Position numbers and translations under genes: made by a program. From contig OX442314.1 in NCBI GenBank assembly GCA_949358305.1, forward strand, positions 28,892,001-28,956,000: 64,000 bases of DNA, in the 5' to 3' direction. Positions within the stretch are counted from its first letter, which is position 1. Each line of letters opens with the position of its first letter. Origin of the DNA: Strigamia acuminata (taxonomy: Eukaryota). The notes beneath the pieces were generated by a model. The model was not told the origin of the DNA and did no database searches. It saw only the letters and a list, made by a program, of their open reading frames with translations. This document shows, one piece after another, positions 24,660-39,281 of the stretch.

Positions 24660-25674
24660 TGTCGCGCTCAACTCTAACCGTCGCTAACTCGTGGGTTGAT
24701 TACTTAATTCGACTAACTCACTACCGCTTTGTTCGAGCGGTTTACCCAAAGAAATGATTACACAGATATAAAAGGTAAAATATAATATAGATTTATTCTG
24801 TGGGACAATGTACAGATATATCTTATATATATATATGAAAGGTAAGTAAAAGGTAAATCGGAATAGGTGATGGGAAATGGAGAGGTAAAGGTAAGATGAA
24901 AGCTGGCTGGAATCGGCGAGGTCGTCTGTTGTCTCGTTCGTGTCCAAGATGGCGTCCTCGTTGTGGCAACGTGATGTCGTCTTGGGCCGGCGTGGCAAGA
25001 TGGCGTCCTCGACTCGTCTCTGGCTGGTCCTTCGGGCTCACGCTGGTCAAGCGCGAGTGAATGCTTAGTTAAAAGGCTTACTTCGGTCTGTTGTCTAGGT
25101 TTTTGTGTGGTGTCCGGCGATCACACAGCGGCGGACTCTTCTGGCTCCCGGCGGTCACACAGCGGCAAGAACGTTCGTCGTGGTTTAACTGCAGTTTAGG
25201 CTTGTGCGACCGTTTGTCTGCACAACTCGCTAAACTGGAGTGGTTTTTACTATTTCTAGCTGATGTGCTAAAATAGTGTGGTAATCTTATCTCGCAGGTT
25301 ACTCTGCGGAGTTTGACACTGACCAAACGTACTCACGGTAAATTGTCCTTTGTCCTTGGTCAATCCCAGTATATTTACTTGGGCCTGATCTTGTAGGACG
25401 ACGGGTTTACGTGTGTTTCTCGTTTGATGGTTGTGTTGGTTCTGCCCGCTCAGTGCAAGGCACATTCCTTTGCACAAAGCGGGGTTGACAGGTGACCGGA
25501 ATCACCCAATGGTGGGGTGGACGAGCCATCCCCACTCCCTCAGGGCAGACGCCTGTCCATTGACTAGATGTCAATGCACTGAGGGAAGGGAGACGCGCTT
25601 GCGGCTCCCCTTACACCCGAAACGAGGTCACGAGAGAAACTCTTCGTTGACCCCGGTCCAGTCGGGTCACCACA
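24660..25674 (-). repeat. Element B 5' LTR
   Basis: Direct repeat of 12404-13418. Confidence 0.95.
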
Positions 25675-26268
25675 AGCTCAATGTCAATTTACACACAGAA
25701 ATGGCTTAAATTACGCGTAGTAATTCAAGCTAGAAAGTTGCTATTCCGTACAGTGGGTACAGACCAGCGATGAAACTCAATTCGTCCAAGAATCACAGAT
25801 CACACTTTGCAGTTTTGGCAGAAGTTTGACACGGTTGTGAACAGTTTAGAGGTGGAATCAAGAGTGCGGGAAGAGTGGGCCAAAACCGTTTGGCTCACTC
25901 CAAAATCTGCTCAGTAAAGCTGCGCAGATGACGAGTTGCACAAAGATCACACACGGCCGCCTTCGGGTCGTGTGCAACAATTGAGCCGGGCACGCGCGAG
26001 GGGAAGGGATGCTCCGCCCAGGCACACGCCTAGCAGCATCATCAAAGCAATGCACGCTGCAGCATGATTGGTTGACGCTGTTGCCGGGCCAAAACTTGCT
26101 GCAAAACACAATATTATTTGGGTAATATGGTGTCTTGTTTTATATTTGATTAAGATATATTTTATTTCAATTTACATTGAAACAAAACATATAAACTTGT
26201 TGAATATGTTTCTAAGACAATTTGGAAATATGGTGCGCACTCAAATAGGAATATTTGAGGTCACCACA
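25675..26268 (-). repeat. Element A 3' LTR, right part
   Basis: Matches 47070-47663; PPT AAAAGGGGGGGAAG at 26269-26282 on the minus strand. Confidence 0.95.
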
Positions 26269-26441
26269 CTTCCCCCCCTTTTAAGAAAGAATCTTATTCT
26301 TTTCCAGAAGAGACAGGTAAGCATGAGAATAAATACACAAGGTTTCAAAGTAAAATGGAACAGGATATATATTTATTCTTTTTTATTACAATATAAAAAA
26401 TAAAAAAGGAATTATTTTTAATGGACGGGTATGTTCCCTAA

Positions 26442-29273
26442 TTATTTAGGCAACATGTCCGTCGAATGATCATTTGGATCCTTGTGCTCTGTGACGGTGC
26501 ACAAAGATCGGCCGACGTTTGGTCCTGACTGGAAGCCAGGGTTGATGTGAAGCCACACTTGTTTTATGCGGTTCACACCATCCCTTCGTCCAAACCCCAT
26601 TTCGAAGTACTCCTGCGGGTCCTTCGGCGTGATCCTGGCAAAAACGAGACGTTGATGGAGGAACCACAGCTGTTGTTCTTTGATGTGGTTCTCCAGCCAC
26701 GCGAGGACTCGGTTGCAGAGATCCTCGTTGTTCTGGAGAATCGTCTTCGTTGCACTCGTTATGTAGCAAAATGCATACACCGAGCGCAAGCGTTGATAGG
26801 CGCTTAAGTATGTTGCCATATTAAAGCCCCTCTCTCTTGGTGGCGAATCCTTTGGCGGTGGTGGTGGTGGCGGCGACTTTTTGCAGATCGAGAGCGATCA
26901 GGATATGCGCGAAGCCGGGGCGCGCGTCTTTGGTCTTGCACCGCTGGCCACAGGCACGACGAACTCGCGGTTGTCACTGTCGAGCCATTCCATTGGAGAC
27001 GAGAGTTGGCAACTCGGTGCTTCGGTTGCTCGCATGACACCCGACGTTGCCGCTACGACAGTGTTGAGTGGAGCGGCTGATGATGGTGGAGCGCCAGCAG
27101 GACGGGCGGTAGCTCGTTCCGTTGCGCGTTGCTGTTTCAGCGTAGCCCATTCTTGCCGTAGTCGAATGGCGGACCCAGCTGGGGTTTCGCCAGTCGCCTC
27201 GGCTTGGTGCGTTAATTCGGCGAGCATGGTCGGAGGATCGGGGCGAACTGACTCCCAATCGTCCAGCAAGGCTCGAGGAAGCCCTAACGGCACGGTCCAC
27301 AATCGAGTGGCGGCCGTCAGAGCCATTCGTAGGTCAGGAAAGACTCCTTGGAACAGGATTCTAAGAAGCCCCTCCGACAGTTTCCTGTGCATCTTCTGCA
27401 GCGTTCGTTGCAGTTGTTTGTCGGATTTGCACGACTCGATCTCTCGGGCAACCCATTGCCATCCTTTTTCACCTTCGCGGATCTGAGCGAGTTGGTATTC
27501 GTCCAGATGCGCGAGGTACATTGTTTGGGCTGTCTCGGGAAACGATGAGAATCGCCTCCAGAGATCAGCGCACTCCTGTGCGGGAAATGGTTCCGGCGAG
27601 ATGTGTGATCCCTCGAAACGAATGACTGTCGTCACTTGTGGCTCGGGCACAGACGTATCGAGTCGCATGTCGCTGGTGACTGGACGGCAAGCGAACGGCA
27701 AAGAGGTGTTGACGTCTCCCTGACCGGCTTGCAATGCGGCGATGCGTCGATCTTCCTTCGCTATCTCGTCCGACCAGTCGATCTGGCCGGAGGAGGAAGC
27801 GCTAAGCTGTGAAGCGTTGGATTTTTCCTCACGCGACGAGAGTGAACTCCTCGGATTGGCGCGATTGCACTCGAGGTCGGCTTCGGGATGAGTGTCTTGA
27901 AACGGACTTCGAATGTCTTTTCGGTGGCGTTGACTCGCGTCGATGATGTGAGCGATGACGAGTCTTCTGGAGTGGAGGTAACCCTCCAATGGCGCCTTCC
28001 CCCGACGACTGTGTTGGGGAGGAGCGACGGCCACTGTAAGGCGACCTCGATGATCGTGACCTCGACGTGGAGCGCGGTGGCACCACGTGGATGGTGGATG
28101 CGATTGGTACCCGGGGCTCGGGCTCTGGGTACGGGTTCGGCACGAAGTTAGCGTGGAAACATCCGCCCATGGCTAGTTGATGCATCTCCGATTGGCATGT
28201 CGGCACCCAACGTCTCCTTCCGTCCGTGGTTGGCCGGAAAGATTCGTGGTAGAGGCGCACAACCTCGGCTTTGGTTTGGTCCAAGCGTTGGAAAATGTCC
28301 TCCAAAATCTGTCGACGCTCCCACGCAGGAGCGTTGAAGTAACGGCGATGGTCTCGCGTTTCTTGAGCGATCACTACGAAGGCGAAGTCTAGCAACACAT
28401 TTCGTAGTGGTCCGTAGGTGTCGCGCTTCTGTGCCCACTCGAGGGCGTCGCGATGACCGAATCCATCGATTAATTAGGCAATCCGGAACTTTGTCCCCCA
28501 TCGCTTGTTAAGGGCTTTGGAGAATTTGTGGCGGGCCGCCCAAAACGTCAGTCTTCCTTTAGACTTGATGATTTCCGGCGGCAAAGCGTGTCGCCAGACG
28601 CCGGGATCGGTCGGAACATCGGGATGCAGTTCGAGATGTGTTTCCCGAAGCTGGATGATCTGTAAAATATTCGAAGAAATAATTAAAATCCATTTTTTCG
28701 TCAAAATTAATCATTTCCGAATTTTAAGTGAATAAAATCACGGTGAGATTTCATTCGACAGTTTAGATTCGTTAAATTTTTCAAAATAATTGAAAAATCG
28801 TGAAAAACGTTGTTTCCGACGGCTATGTTTCAATGTTGGAGCGTTACCGTAGCAACGCCTCAAAAACGAGACACAGCGCCATCTGATGATAAAAATGGCG
28901 GCGCCTTCTTGCGAAGGCGTTACCAACGAACTTTTCGCTTTTTCCGAGTGAAAATGCACTTTTAATTACTTTTCATGACTGAAAGGTAATTTTATTTTAA
29001 ATTATTTACCTGTTCGTGCCTCTGCGCACGTGTTTCGCCGTTTGGATCGGCGAATAGGCCTCCTCGTAGTCGGGGCTGGGGCGGCGTGACTGGCAAACGG
29101 GCAGCAGCGTCGGCCAGAGCGGCTTGAGCTTCGGCGGACGCTTCGGCGGACTCTTCGGTGACATCCACGAATGCATTCGAGGTGTTTGCGGAACCAAGCA
29201 GCGTCGAATTTGTTTCTAATTCGAGACTGTTGGCGCCGACTTTGCTTCCTTCTTTCGGTTCCTCTTCTTCCAT
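26442..29273 (-). pseudogene. Element A third gene (ORF3), frameshifted; exon 29273-29010 spliced to an exon starting at 28659
   Basis: Pieces in different frames (GVWRHALP; CQSEMHQL; LPRALLDDW..PDP; WLENHI..HQRL..VWLH..EHKDP) are colinear with ORF3 of B and D; donor cag|GTaaat, acceptor attttacAG. Confidence 0.8.
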
Positions 29274-29483
29274 TTGAACGACTAATCCAAATGGAAAAGA
29301 AAAACGAAAATTAATTTATTAGCTTTTCCTTGGAAAATTCCAAAGAAAAAACTACTTACAATTGAAGAATCTCGTTGAAATAATCCGATTGTTTCGCTTT
29401 TGGTTCTTTGGAGATGAGCACTTAACACACGTGTGAGATCGAAGTGAACTCAGACGCGAAGTGATCAGTTCAAATACCGGAAG

Positions 29484-32400
29484 TTACGTTTGGGTAACGT
29501 CGTGGTTAGCGACGTCATCCAATCTTATTATTTGATTGGTTTGCGTATGGCTTGGGGAATTGCTCCTTACGTCATACGGCTGATCCCTGGATCTCGAGGT
29601 TATCGAGGGGAGAAGACACATGTTGTTTTTTCCTCTCGGTTTACGAGTCCGAAGATTATATCTCTTTGTCGGCGAGGGATTTATTGTATTTAAATCGCCG
29701 TCTTCATTGTCATCGGAGACTGAGTCAGATGAGTCTTTTGTTTTAGATGTTTTTTGTTTCTTTTCTAAAAACACCTTTTTATTTAATTTTTTAGCAATTT
29801 CAAGCTTTTTGAAACTGTCTCGGAGCTCAACGTCGTTGTTTACAAAATCGGACTCCAGGGGGCGATTAGATGAATTATCGACTGGTATTTTCTTTAATTC
29901 ATTGTCATCTAACGTATTAATTATATTTTCAGTCTTTTGACCGACTTCTTCGCCTTCGAGCCATACTTCCTGATCAAAACTCGGGAAATACGGAGTTAAT
30001 TCCGATGAATGGACAGCTGGAAATATTTCGTTATTTTCTAGCTTTCTCAATTCTACTGAACCTCCCTGTAATACTTTGGTTATTACATAAGGTCCTGTTC
30101 GTTTATCAGCGATGCCAGCTGCAATGCCGCGGGCAGCACTCGACAAAACATGAGAATCTCTCCAAACTAAATCGTTTAATTTAAAATTGGAGAACTTCTC
30201 ACCTTCTTTTTTAATATTCACTCGTCTACGTAAATCTAACACGTGTGACATCATGTGCTGATATGTTTCGGCGATAACTGCTTCTAATTTTTGCACGTAT
30301 AAATGTGAGTTTTTTGGATCTACGACCAAAATTCCTTCAGGTATTCTTGGATCCCAAGGTACTCTGAGTTCGCGAAAAAAGTTAAGAAATGCGGGAGAGA
30401 AGTCTCTTCCTCTCGTCACCGTAGTTCTCAAACTAAATGCAAATTCACGCAAATATTCGTCCCATTTGGAATGAACAGATGAATAAATTGCAACAAGATA
30501 TTTGATGTCACGGTTAACTCTTTCAACCGGGTTAGCCTGCGGGTGATACGTTGAAGTTGGCGTTGGAACCATCTTGAACTTTTCACAAAATTTTTTAAAG
30601 ACTTGGGCACGAAATTGCGGGCCGTTGTCAGAAATAATTTTACGAGGGAATCCCATGCTCATGGAAAGGTGATAAATGCAATTTGCTACTTTTCCAGCAG
30701 TGAGGTTACACATTGGATACAATTCTGGCCAATGAGTTGCCACGTCAAGTATGACTAAAATATGTGTGTTGTTTTTGCGCGTCCGTGGTTTCGGGCCGGT
30801 CAAATCAACACTTAGGCAGTCAAATGGGCTGTAAGGACCCATTTGCGCTGCTTCAATTTGTCCTTTCGTTCGAGGCTTGCAAGCTTGACAGCGCTCGCAG
30901 TGTCGAATGAATCTCGTAATGTCCGATTTCATGCCTTTCCAGGTATAAATTCGGCGCGCTCGATAAAGAGTCCTAGCAATTCCTGGGTGGCCAGAAAGTG
31001 GGTGGCCATGCATCAGCCAAATAATTTTATACTTCAATGTCTGAGGTACAAATACTTTGAGTGCTCTCCCATCCTCCCCCAATTCATCAGACATTGTGGG
31101 ATGAAATTGCATTAGTAAGTCATCTTCAATTAAGAAGGTTGTTGCGTGTTTTCTATATTGTTTCCTCTGAAGTCGCGTAGTGACGTCAGGCGGAAATTGA
31201 TTACAATTTAAAAAATTACGCATCAATTGACAAACTTTATCTTCTTTTTGGGCCTTAATTATGTCTTCCCTTGTGGGGGGTTCACAATCAAGACGCTCTA
31301 CAATTTTGGCGACAAATGCTTTTATTAAAACATTTGACGAAGGAATTTGGAATTTCCTTGAAATTTGTGCTCTTATGACGTCATCTGATTCTTCAGAGGG
31401 GTCATAAATTTTAGTCCAATAGTTGACGAATTCGTGATCTTCCTTCTCTTCCAATGTGGAGACAGGATGTTCATGAAATTTTCCCATTTTCCAATTTCGT
31501 TGTGGTGATGGACAATAAGATAATAACTCGTCATTATCTCCATCGTCTTCAGGATTTTCTGGTTTATCAATCGGTGATCTGGATAAAGCATCCGCTAAAA
31601 CATTTAGTGGACCTTTAATGTATTGTATTTCGAAAGAATAGCGCATCAGCTCTATTTGCCAACGTGCCAGCCTTCCGGCAGGTTCGTCTAACTGCATCAA
31701 CCATTTTAATGCTTGATGGTCAGTCCTTACTATGAATGTTGTAAATTCCAAATAATGTTGGAATTTACGTAATGCCCAGATTACTGCTAGGCATTCTAAC
31801 TCTGTGGCGCTGTAATTTATTTCAGCAGGTTGTAAACTTCTGCTGGCATAAACGTAAGGCACTTCGATGTTTTGATCATCGATTTCTCTCATTTGCATAA
31901 GCGCGGCGCCTAGTCCTTTCCTGCTAGCGTCGGTATGTACAATAAATGGTTTTGTCAAATCAGGCATGGCCATTGTTTCTGCATTTGTTAAAGCGTCTTT
32001 TATTTGATCAAAAGCTTCTTGATGCATTTCTGACCAAATAAATTCTACATCTTTTTTGAGTAAAGGACGTAGAGGTTCTGTCATAACTGCTAGATTTTTA
32101 AGTAATCGGTGAAAAAAGTTCACCATTCCCAAAAATCTTTGCAACTCTTTCAAATTTGAAGGAGCTGTCATTTCCTTTATAGCGGCGACTTTTTTAGGGT
32201 CGACACTAACTCCTTGAACACTTAACTTGTAACCAAGAAAAGTTAATTCTTTTCTGCCAAATTTTGATTTTTCTGGATGAACATGAAGATTTGCATTTTC
32301 AAGTTTACTCAGAATTTCTTCCAGATGAATCATGTGTTCTTCAAAATTTTTAGATATAATAATTATATCATCGAGGTATGCCCATGCAAATTTTCGATAG

Positions 32401-33858
32401 GCGTCCCCCAAAATTTTTTCTATCAACTTTTGAAAAGTTGACGGTGCATTTACGAGACCAAAGGGCATGACCCGAAATTGTAGTCGACCCAAAGGACTCC
32501 AAAACGCAGTTTTCGCACGGTCGTTCGGATGAACCTCTATTTGCCAATACCCTTTTGACAAATCTATTGTTGTGACCCACTCAAATCTTCCGAGTTCTCG
32601 CAAGATTTCCTCAATGCTGGGCATTTGAGGTGGATCATATAATGTGTGTGCATTGAGTGGTCTAAAATCAATGCAGAGTCTCGGATCACAATCCGGACGC
32701 ATCACTAGAACTATTCGCATTCCATAATCTCCAGTGGCTTGTTCAACGTACCCATTATCCAACATATCTTGACAGATTTGACGAATAATTTCACGTTTCT
32801 GTGGATTTACGCTTTTAAACGGAACTCTAATAGGAACTTTAGTGTCCAGTTTAATTTCATGCCTAACGAGGTGTGTTCTACCTGGTCGGCGTGACAAAAT
32901 CTTTTCATGTTTCTTTAATACTTTTTCAAGCATTAAATTATTTTCCATTGACAAATTAACGTCGCTAACAAGTCTTTGTACTACATTTTCTTCATTGGCA
33001 ACTTTAGCTTGACATGCAGTGGCGGAACCAGCTTTCATGTGATTTGCTTTAATAAAGTCGCGTTTCATTATTTCTTCGGGTGGATCAAGGAACTCTTGAT
33101 AACGATCAAGAATTGCTTGAGGAACAAAAGGTAAATCTTCTTTCAAAGTCTTAACAAAATTCCAAGACATGGTCTTAGGATTTGGTTGAATATTGAGTCG
33201 ATTCATGAAATCACATCCTAATAAAACAATAGGATATTTATTTCTTAAAATTATGAATGGATGGCTTAACATCCCGTGTGTCCACGCAAAAGAAAGTAGG
33301 AGAGTTTCTTCAGGGACTACATCTTCTGAAGCAGTCGTAACTCTCACGTCTGGTCCTATTGGTCGAATTTCATCTTCCAGTTTCAGCGAAATTACTACGG
33401 AGTAGGCCATGAAGCTTCGGTTAGCTCCAGAGTCTAACATCCCTGTTATCATACCGTTTGCCGTCTGTAATCGAATCGTCGGCAAATCATTGCTGTTTGG
33501 TATGTCCGCGTACTTGCATTTAAAACGTCGCGGTGGTTTAATTTCTATCGGCGGATCCAATGGTAATTCGTCCAATAAATCATTAGTGACTAGCGTTGTA
33601 GCCATTAATTTTTCAATGCATTCATCAAGACCAGGTAAATCAATTTTATCTGATCTTTCAATAATTTCATGTGTTGGCCTAGCTTTTTCATCTAGTAAAG
33701 TAACAGCATCTTTTATTTTAGATTCCCAATCAACTTTTATTTGTTAAACTTTTTCTTTAAAAAATTCTTCAGTGATGTTTTCATTTTGCAGCACAAGCCT
33801 TAAACTGGAAACATCAATTTTCGGAAATTCTAAATTATTTTCAATCTCTAATTTAATC
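29484..33858 (-). CDS. pol: Element A Pol; 1373-aa open part 33605-29484, N-terminus broken by an in-frame TAA (33744-33746) and by element C
   Basis: MLDSGA, YLDD, VHTDAS, HGHPLSGH..CERC, SDNG..VER, GPY; the frame continues across the element C insertion to 43503-43613. Confidence 0.93.
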
Positions 33859-35761
33859 TGTGACGGTTTACAATGGCTATAAATGCCTATTTTCTTAGAA
33901 AGAAGCGCTGTTGCGCCATTATCATGATATCTCGAAGATATTCTGTGTAAAACTGATAAATGTCTGGAATAAAGTTATTTATGATGTTTCAAATACAAAG
34001 ATGTTCGTTTATTAAGAATAAACACTCATTCCTACTTGATATCAAAGGATTCCGGCCGAATCACGAAGAGTCGTCTGCTAAAACCGCATTTGTCAATGCG
34101 CAATGTTGCCACAAGATGGCGCGATTACGATTTAGCGGCAAATTCAAGATATGAATATAAAACATGTAAATAAATATAAAACTATATTTACTAGAATGAA
34201 ACGAAGCTTTGTGAACATTAATATAAAGATATATTAATGTCTTGTGATGTTAAATACAATGTAACTTCCATTTTCTGCGGGACAGGACATTTGGTGATCA
34301 ATCGATCAACCAATAGATCTGATTGGTGGATCCATTTCCGGTCCTGGGTATCCAGTTCCGGTTGTGGTGAGAATTAGCACATTGTTCCTCCGTATCCACT
34401 TCCGGTGATACGGGATTGGAGGGATTCGTGGAACCCATGTTCCAATTGGATAACTGGATTAATCCTTAATCCAGTCAGGTTATATAAACCCAAACAACCG
34501 GCCATTCTGCAGCTCTGTTTGATTATTTTCTGTTTGGTATTGTTACTTAAGAAATATGATTCGTTGTTCACGTAAAAAAACCTTTTGGTTCTTTGTTGAT
34601 TTATTCACAAAGAACCGTTGCATGATTCTACAGAATCATGCCACCGCCGGCAATTGAAGTCGAAGTGCTGGGATTATTATGTTGCATAAATGTTACAGTC
34701 TACGGTTGCGACGCCGAAGGAGAACCCGCCGTTGTGCAATTCAGTATCCTCCGGACAGGACCAAGTTGTCTTTTTCGGTATGAACGTATTCCGTTACCAC
34801 GAGTAGCATCGGTATTGTTGAGAATCGGTTCCTTCACCTGATGGTGCCAAAGCAGTCTGTTTTACAGTAACCACGAGTAGCACCAAGTGTTTGGCAAGCT
34901 GATTCTCATGGTATTCGATGCCAAAGCAGTCGGTCTATTATTAGTACCGCGAGAGATAAAACTGCTGTGCGGAGCCGCGAGCTATCGACCCCTGTGTACG
35001 TGGTACCGTCAACCACTCGATGGACGACCGTGCTGCGACGCCGGGGACGCTTGATACCGTTCTGCATGGCAAGGCGTATATTCTAATCGATGGCAATTGT
35101 GTGTTGCGACGGGAAGCTTAATCTTCATTTTATTTATAACAGCAAAACTTAAACTCGACAACCAGTTGGACCAAAATCAAGTCAGAAGACTTAATCTCAT
35201 ATTGAACTCAATATAACCGATAAGTTGACGACAACTTATTCCCGAAATATCTAAATAAGAATTCACAACGATATGAATTAAATATAATTCATAAGTGGAA
35301 TATTGATAAGTAAATGAATACATTTACTTACACCAATATCCTCCCAAAGTTGTGGCGGTGCAGACAAAGTCAACCGCAATGCTCAGATCATTCGATTTAT
35401 CGACGTGCGATAGTTTACACAGCGAACCAAGGAAACCAGCGAAGCCGTATCGGACTCCAGGACACAGCCATCCGGCTTAAGATGACATCTATAATCAGGT
35501 CGAGCGATGGGGAAACCGCTCCCATATTCCAGACCCGTAGTGATATTATTCTAGGGCCAGTTGGCCAATTCTTTGTATAGTTTAATAGCTGATTTAACTT
35601 GCCAAATGTCGGCATTAGTCCTATGTATAATTTAGCCTTGATATTATTGTTTACCAACAATAAACTGTCTTGTATTTATCTCGTATTGTATTCACTGTTT
35701 ATTTATTGCGATCTCTTCCCGGTACCATTGTTAAATGGGAGTTGTGGTCGTCACCGTCACA
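33859..35761 (+). repeat. Element C 5' LTR
   Basis: Direct repeat of 41600-43502, no difference noticed by eye; TATA-like tatataaa at ~34481, aataaa at ~35659. Confidence 0.95.
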
Positions 35762-36600
35762 CGTGGAGGTCCCACCGAGATTAGGTTGCAATTAAATTCG
35801 ATTGAATTGCAACAGTGAATATTGGAGATAAATATTTAACTAAAAGATTTAAGTTAAAAATAGACAGATTAAATTTTCAGTTTATATTTCCATGTGAAGA
35901 AGTTAAACTGATGAAATAGAAATACGTAGTAGATTTTCCTTCATTATTTTCGTTTGAAGATTTTAGGGATTTCAAAGACTACCACCTAATCTCACACGTG
36001 GAGGTCCCACCGAGATTAGGTTGCAATTAAATTCGATTGAATTGCAACAGTGAATATTGGAGATAAATATTTAACTAAAAGATTTAAGTTAAAAATAGAC
36101 AGATTAAATTCTCAGTTTATATTTCCATGTGAAGAAGTTAAACTGATGAAATAGAAATACGTAGTAGATTTTCCTTCATTATTTTCGTTTGAAGATTTTA
36201 GGGATTTCAAAGACTACCACCTAATCTCACACGTGGAGGTCCCACCGAGATTAGGTTGCAATTAAATTCGATAGAATTGTAAAAGTGAATTTTGAGATAA
36301 ATATTTAACTAAAAGATTTAGTTAAAAAACAGACCAGTTTCAAACCATGTTTATTTTCTTGAGAAACACCAAAACTGTCCTTTAACTAGGAATTTCGGAA
36401 GTTATAGACCTATCACACGATCACTGAAATAGGTTGCAAATTAATTCGATCGAATTGCAAAAGCGAATCTTGAATCCGATATTAACAAAAAAAATTTTAG
36501 TTAAAACAGACAAATAGATTTTCAGTTTATATTTTCATGTGAAAAGTTAAACTGACGAAATGGAAACGTTTAGTGAACTCTCTTTACTATTTTCGTTCGA
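35757..36600 (+). repeat. 235-bp tandem repeat: two full copies, one partial, one decayed
   Basis: tcacacg+PBS recurs with period 235; a diverged copy without intact PBS begins at ~36413. Confidence 0.85.
35764..35781 (+). promoter_or_regulatory. Primer-binding site of C, tRNA-Gln; repeated at 35999 and 36234
   Basis: TGGAGGTCCCACCGAGAT is complementary to the 3' end of eukaryotic tRNA-Gln. Confidence 0.85.
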
Positions 36601-39246
36601 CAATTTAAGGAATACGAAGTATTTTAAATAAGAAATCAAAAAAAAAGTTTCGAGTGAAATAAGAATACAGATATTTTTTTCGAAGTTTGTTTTATTTCGA
36701 AAAGCTAAAAACATACAAGTTTAGAAGGCGGACTTCTTACGAATTTATCTTTCCACCTGAAAAGTTAAAACGAAGAAAACACCGCAACTATTTGGAAATA
36801 TTTACAAGAAATTAAGTTTCTTGTAACTGTACGTCGACACCGATAGCCAGCGACCACGCGCCATAGCAATACGCGTCGATCTCCGTATCAAACGCAGCAG
36901 GGAAGCTACTCAAACCTTCAACGCAAGGTGCGAACGAATGCTTGGAAATTATGGCGGACAACAGATAAAAGACAGCGGAGAAATGTTACAGAAGGTTCGT
37001 AGAGATTTATTTAAGTGTCGCGAACTAATTTTTCCACTGCCATCGGTACCAAAGATAATTTAGTTGTTGGAGAAAAACAACACACTCCATTTCGCAGAAA
37101 AGATTTGCAAATCGAAATGAATATTACCTTTATTTGAAGGAATTAACTATTTTCACAAAAAGTACATTTTTTCCTTCGGGACAATGGAAATTAAGAAAAT
37201 ATAAAATGGCGGCGAATGAAGTTGCCGACCACGTAGAATAGTATTTTTTACATTGAAAGTTACGAATCACGATAAACGCTTTCCCTCGGAAAAGTAAAAG
37301 GATTTCATTCAATCTTTCCTTTCGGAAATTTAACAGTGTTTTAAGTTTCCAACGATATTTGGGTCTCCCAAATTTTGAGAATTTCTAAATGAAATTTAGC
37401 TGTTTGAAAAACAACGAATATTTTTAGTAATCTAATCGGACATTTTCCCACATGATTTCTTAAAACCGGAATAACAAATCCATTTGTGGCTATGAACTTT
37501 GCCACATGAAATATTTACGGAGCGAATATTTTTTAATTGGATTGAAGCTTTAAAATCAGATAGCTGATTTAAACGAAGAAAATAAGTTTCAAAGTAATTA
37601 TTTTTCTTTCGGAAAAATCAAATAAATCACCGCTGATGAAAAGTTGTATTTTTCCATTCGAAAAAACTAAGAATTGCACAAGATTTATCTTCTATTTTGA
37701 ACATAGATTTTATTCGGAAAAGGAAAGATTCTAGATACATTATTTTTCTCTAAAAATTAAGAATTTAGTCAATTTTCCTAAAGGTTAATGGAATGTCATC
37801 ATATATTTCGTTCGTAATTTACGTGTTAAAGTTTAATCAGAAAAACGATTGAATATGTTTTATTTGCGATAAGTAAAAGAAAGGTTCTTTAAAAATGGAA
37901 TTTCGATGCAAATCCCACAGTAAAGGGAATGTTATGTGTGAGCAATTAACGAAAAGTTGGAATAACTTCATTTTATTTCATTCAAAAGTAGTTGTGAAAA
38001 ATCAATTTCAAATATTTTTCAAAGAAAAATTATTTTTATCGGAAAAAAGTAATTTACATGTCCTCGCGCGGACCGAGTAGTAAACTGCTTAATTGTGACA
38101 TCGATACTGTTATTGTGTCACGTGTTATACGGAATTCCAAACCAGTGAATTACGAATTTTGGCGCGATAGGAATAGAAGTTTGACAGTGAAAGTTCTCCA
38201 GATTTGCCTTTTCATTTGAAAAGTTCAAATTGAGGAAATGCTGCAGCAGATGAAGGTATTTACGACAATTGAGATTTAAATATTCTTTCATTCAAAAGAT
38301 AAAAGATCTCTGCAAAAACATCTCGTTATTAGAGATAAGGGGGACGAAAATTATTAAAACGAATAATCAAAGACACGTCCTTCGTAAATATCGCAAAGGA
38401 ATAACTAATTGTGAAAACAATTGTCCGCTCAGGAAAAGTGGAATTTAGCTAGATATTTTCTTTCGAAAAATCAAAGCAATTGTCATCAAAAAAGAAAGAT
38501 TTGATGAATAATTTTTACCCAAAAGTCTAAAGGATTGTCGAATAGTTTTCTCCCGAAAAACAAGTACACATTTGTACCAATAACTTTATCGTTTAAAGTA
38601 AAATTTCGAATATTTTCTTTTGGAAGATTAGAGAATTAGATAATTTTTCTCGCAAAACAAATTTAAAGAATTTTAACGAATTTTTATTTGTTAAAAAAAT
38701 TTGTTAAAAAAGGGGGAGATGGATGGTGAAAATTTATTTTTTCACACTCGAAAAATGGAATTTAAACCCGAAAAAGTAAAGACTTGGTCAAATTATTCTT
38801 CCTATTGGAAATGAATACACAATGTTGGGAATCGAAAATAGATTTCAATTACAAAGGAATGATTATTTGAACGATAATTGAATAAGAATAAGAAAAATTG
38901 AGAGTTTGAGAAAACTTTATTAAAGTTGTGGTTGTAACGATATCACACACTAACGGAATAATTAAAAGAAAAATATTTTTTGAAGAAAAGTTATTTAATT
39001 ATTTGGATTGGTAAAAATCCCAAAGTTCAAGAAGATTGAAGTAAGTTTATTTTATTTTCATTTGAAAAATACAATATTTTACGAATGTCTTCCCGAAGGA
39101 ATTTTATTTTATCGGTAAAATTGAATCTCGAAGGGAACGGACTTAGTAGAGAACTACTAAATAGATGTAACGTCCTTTATACCATTGGCCGACACTAACA
39201 TCCGCCAATCAGAAGTTGGGAGATCTAGGGATCCCCAGCCCCCTGC

Positions 39247-39281
39247 TATTAAAGGAGGACCAGATCAGATACTGATCATTC
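39247..39281 (+). promoter_or_regulatory. Putative internal Pol II core promoter of the element C ORF
   Basis: CCAAT at ~39205, TATTAAA at 39247, Inr-like TCATTC at 39276. Confidence 0.5.

Larger units (their letters stand above)
12404..25674 (-). mobile_element. Gypsy/Ty3 LTR retrotransposon B, inserted in the 3' LTR of A
   Basis: 1015-bp LTRs, imperfect TSD AGCG/AGCT, PBS, PPT, gag, pol, intact third ORF. Confidence 0.95.

Noticed and set aside
33744..33746. Programmed readthrough at TAA-CAA-ATA in A pol
   Set aside because: Context does not fit CARYYA, B has no stop there, and A is decayed elsewhere; a nonsense mutation is simpler
33960..35784. Short ORFs in the C LTR, duplicated at 41701-43567
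   Set aside because: They recur only because the LTR is repeated; no recognisable motifs
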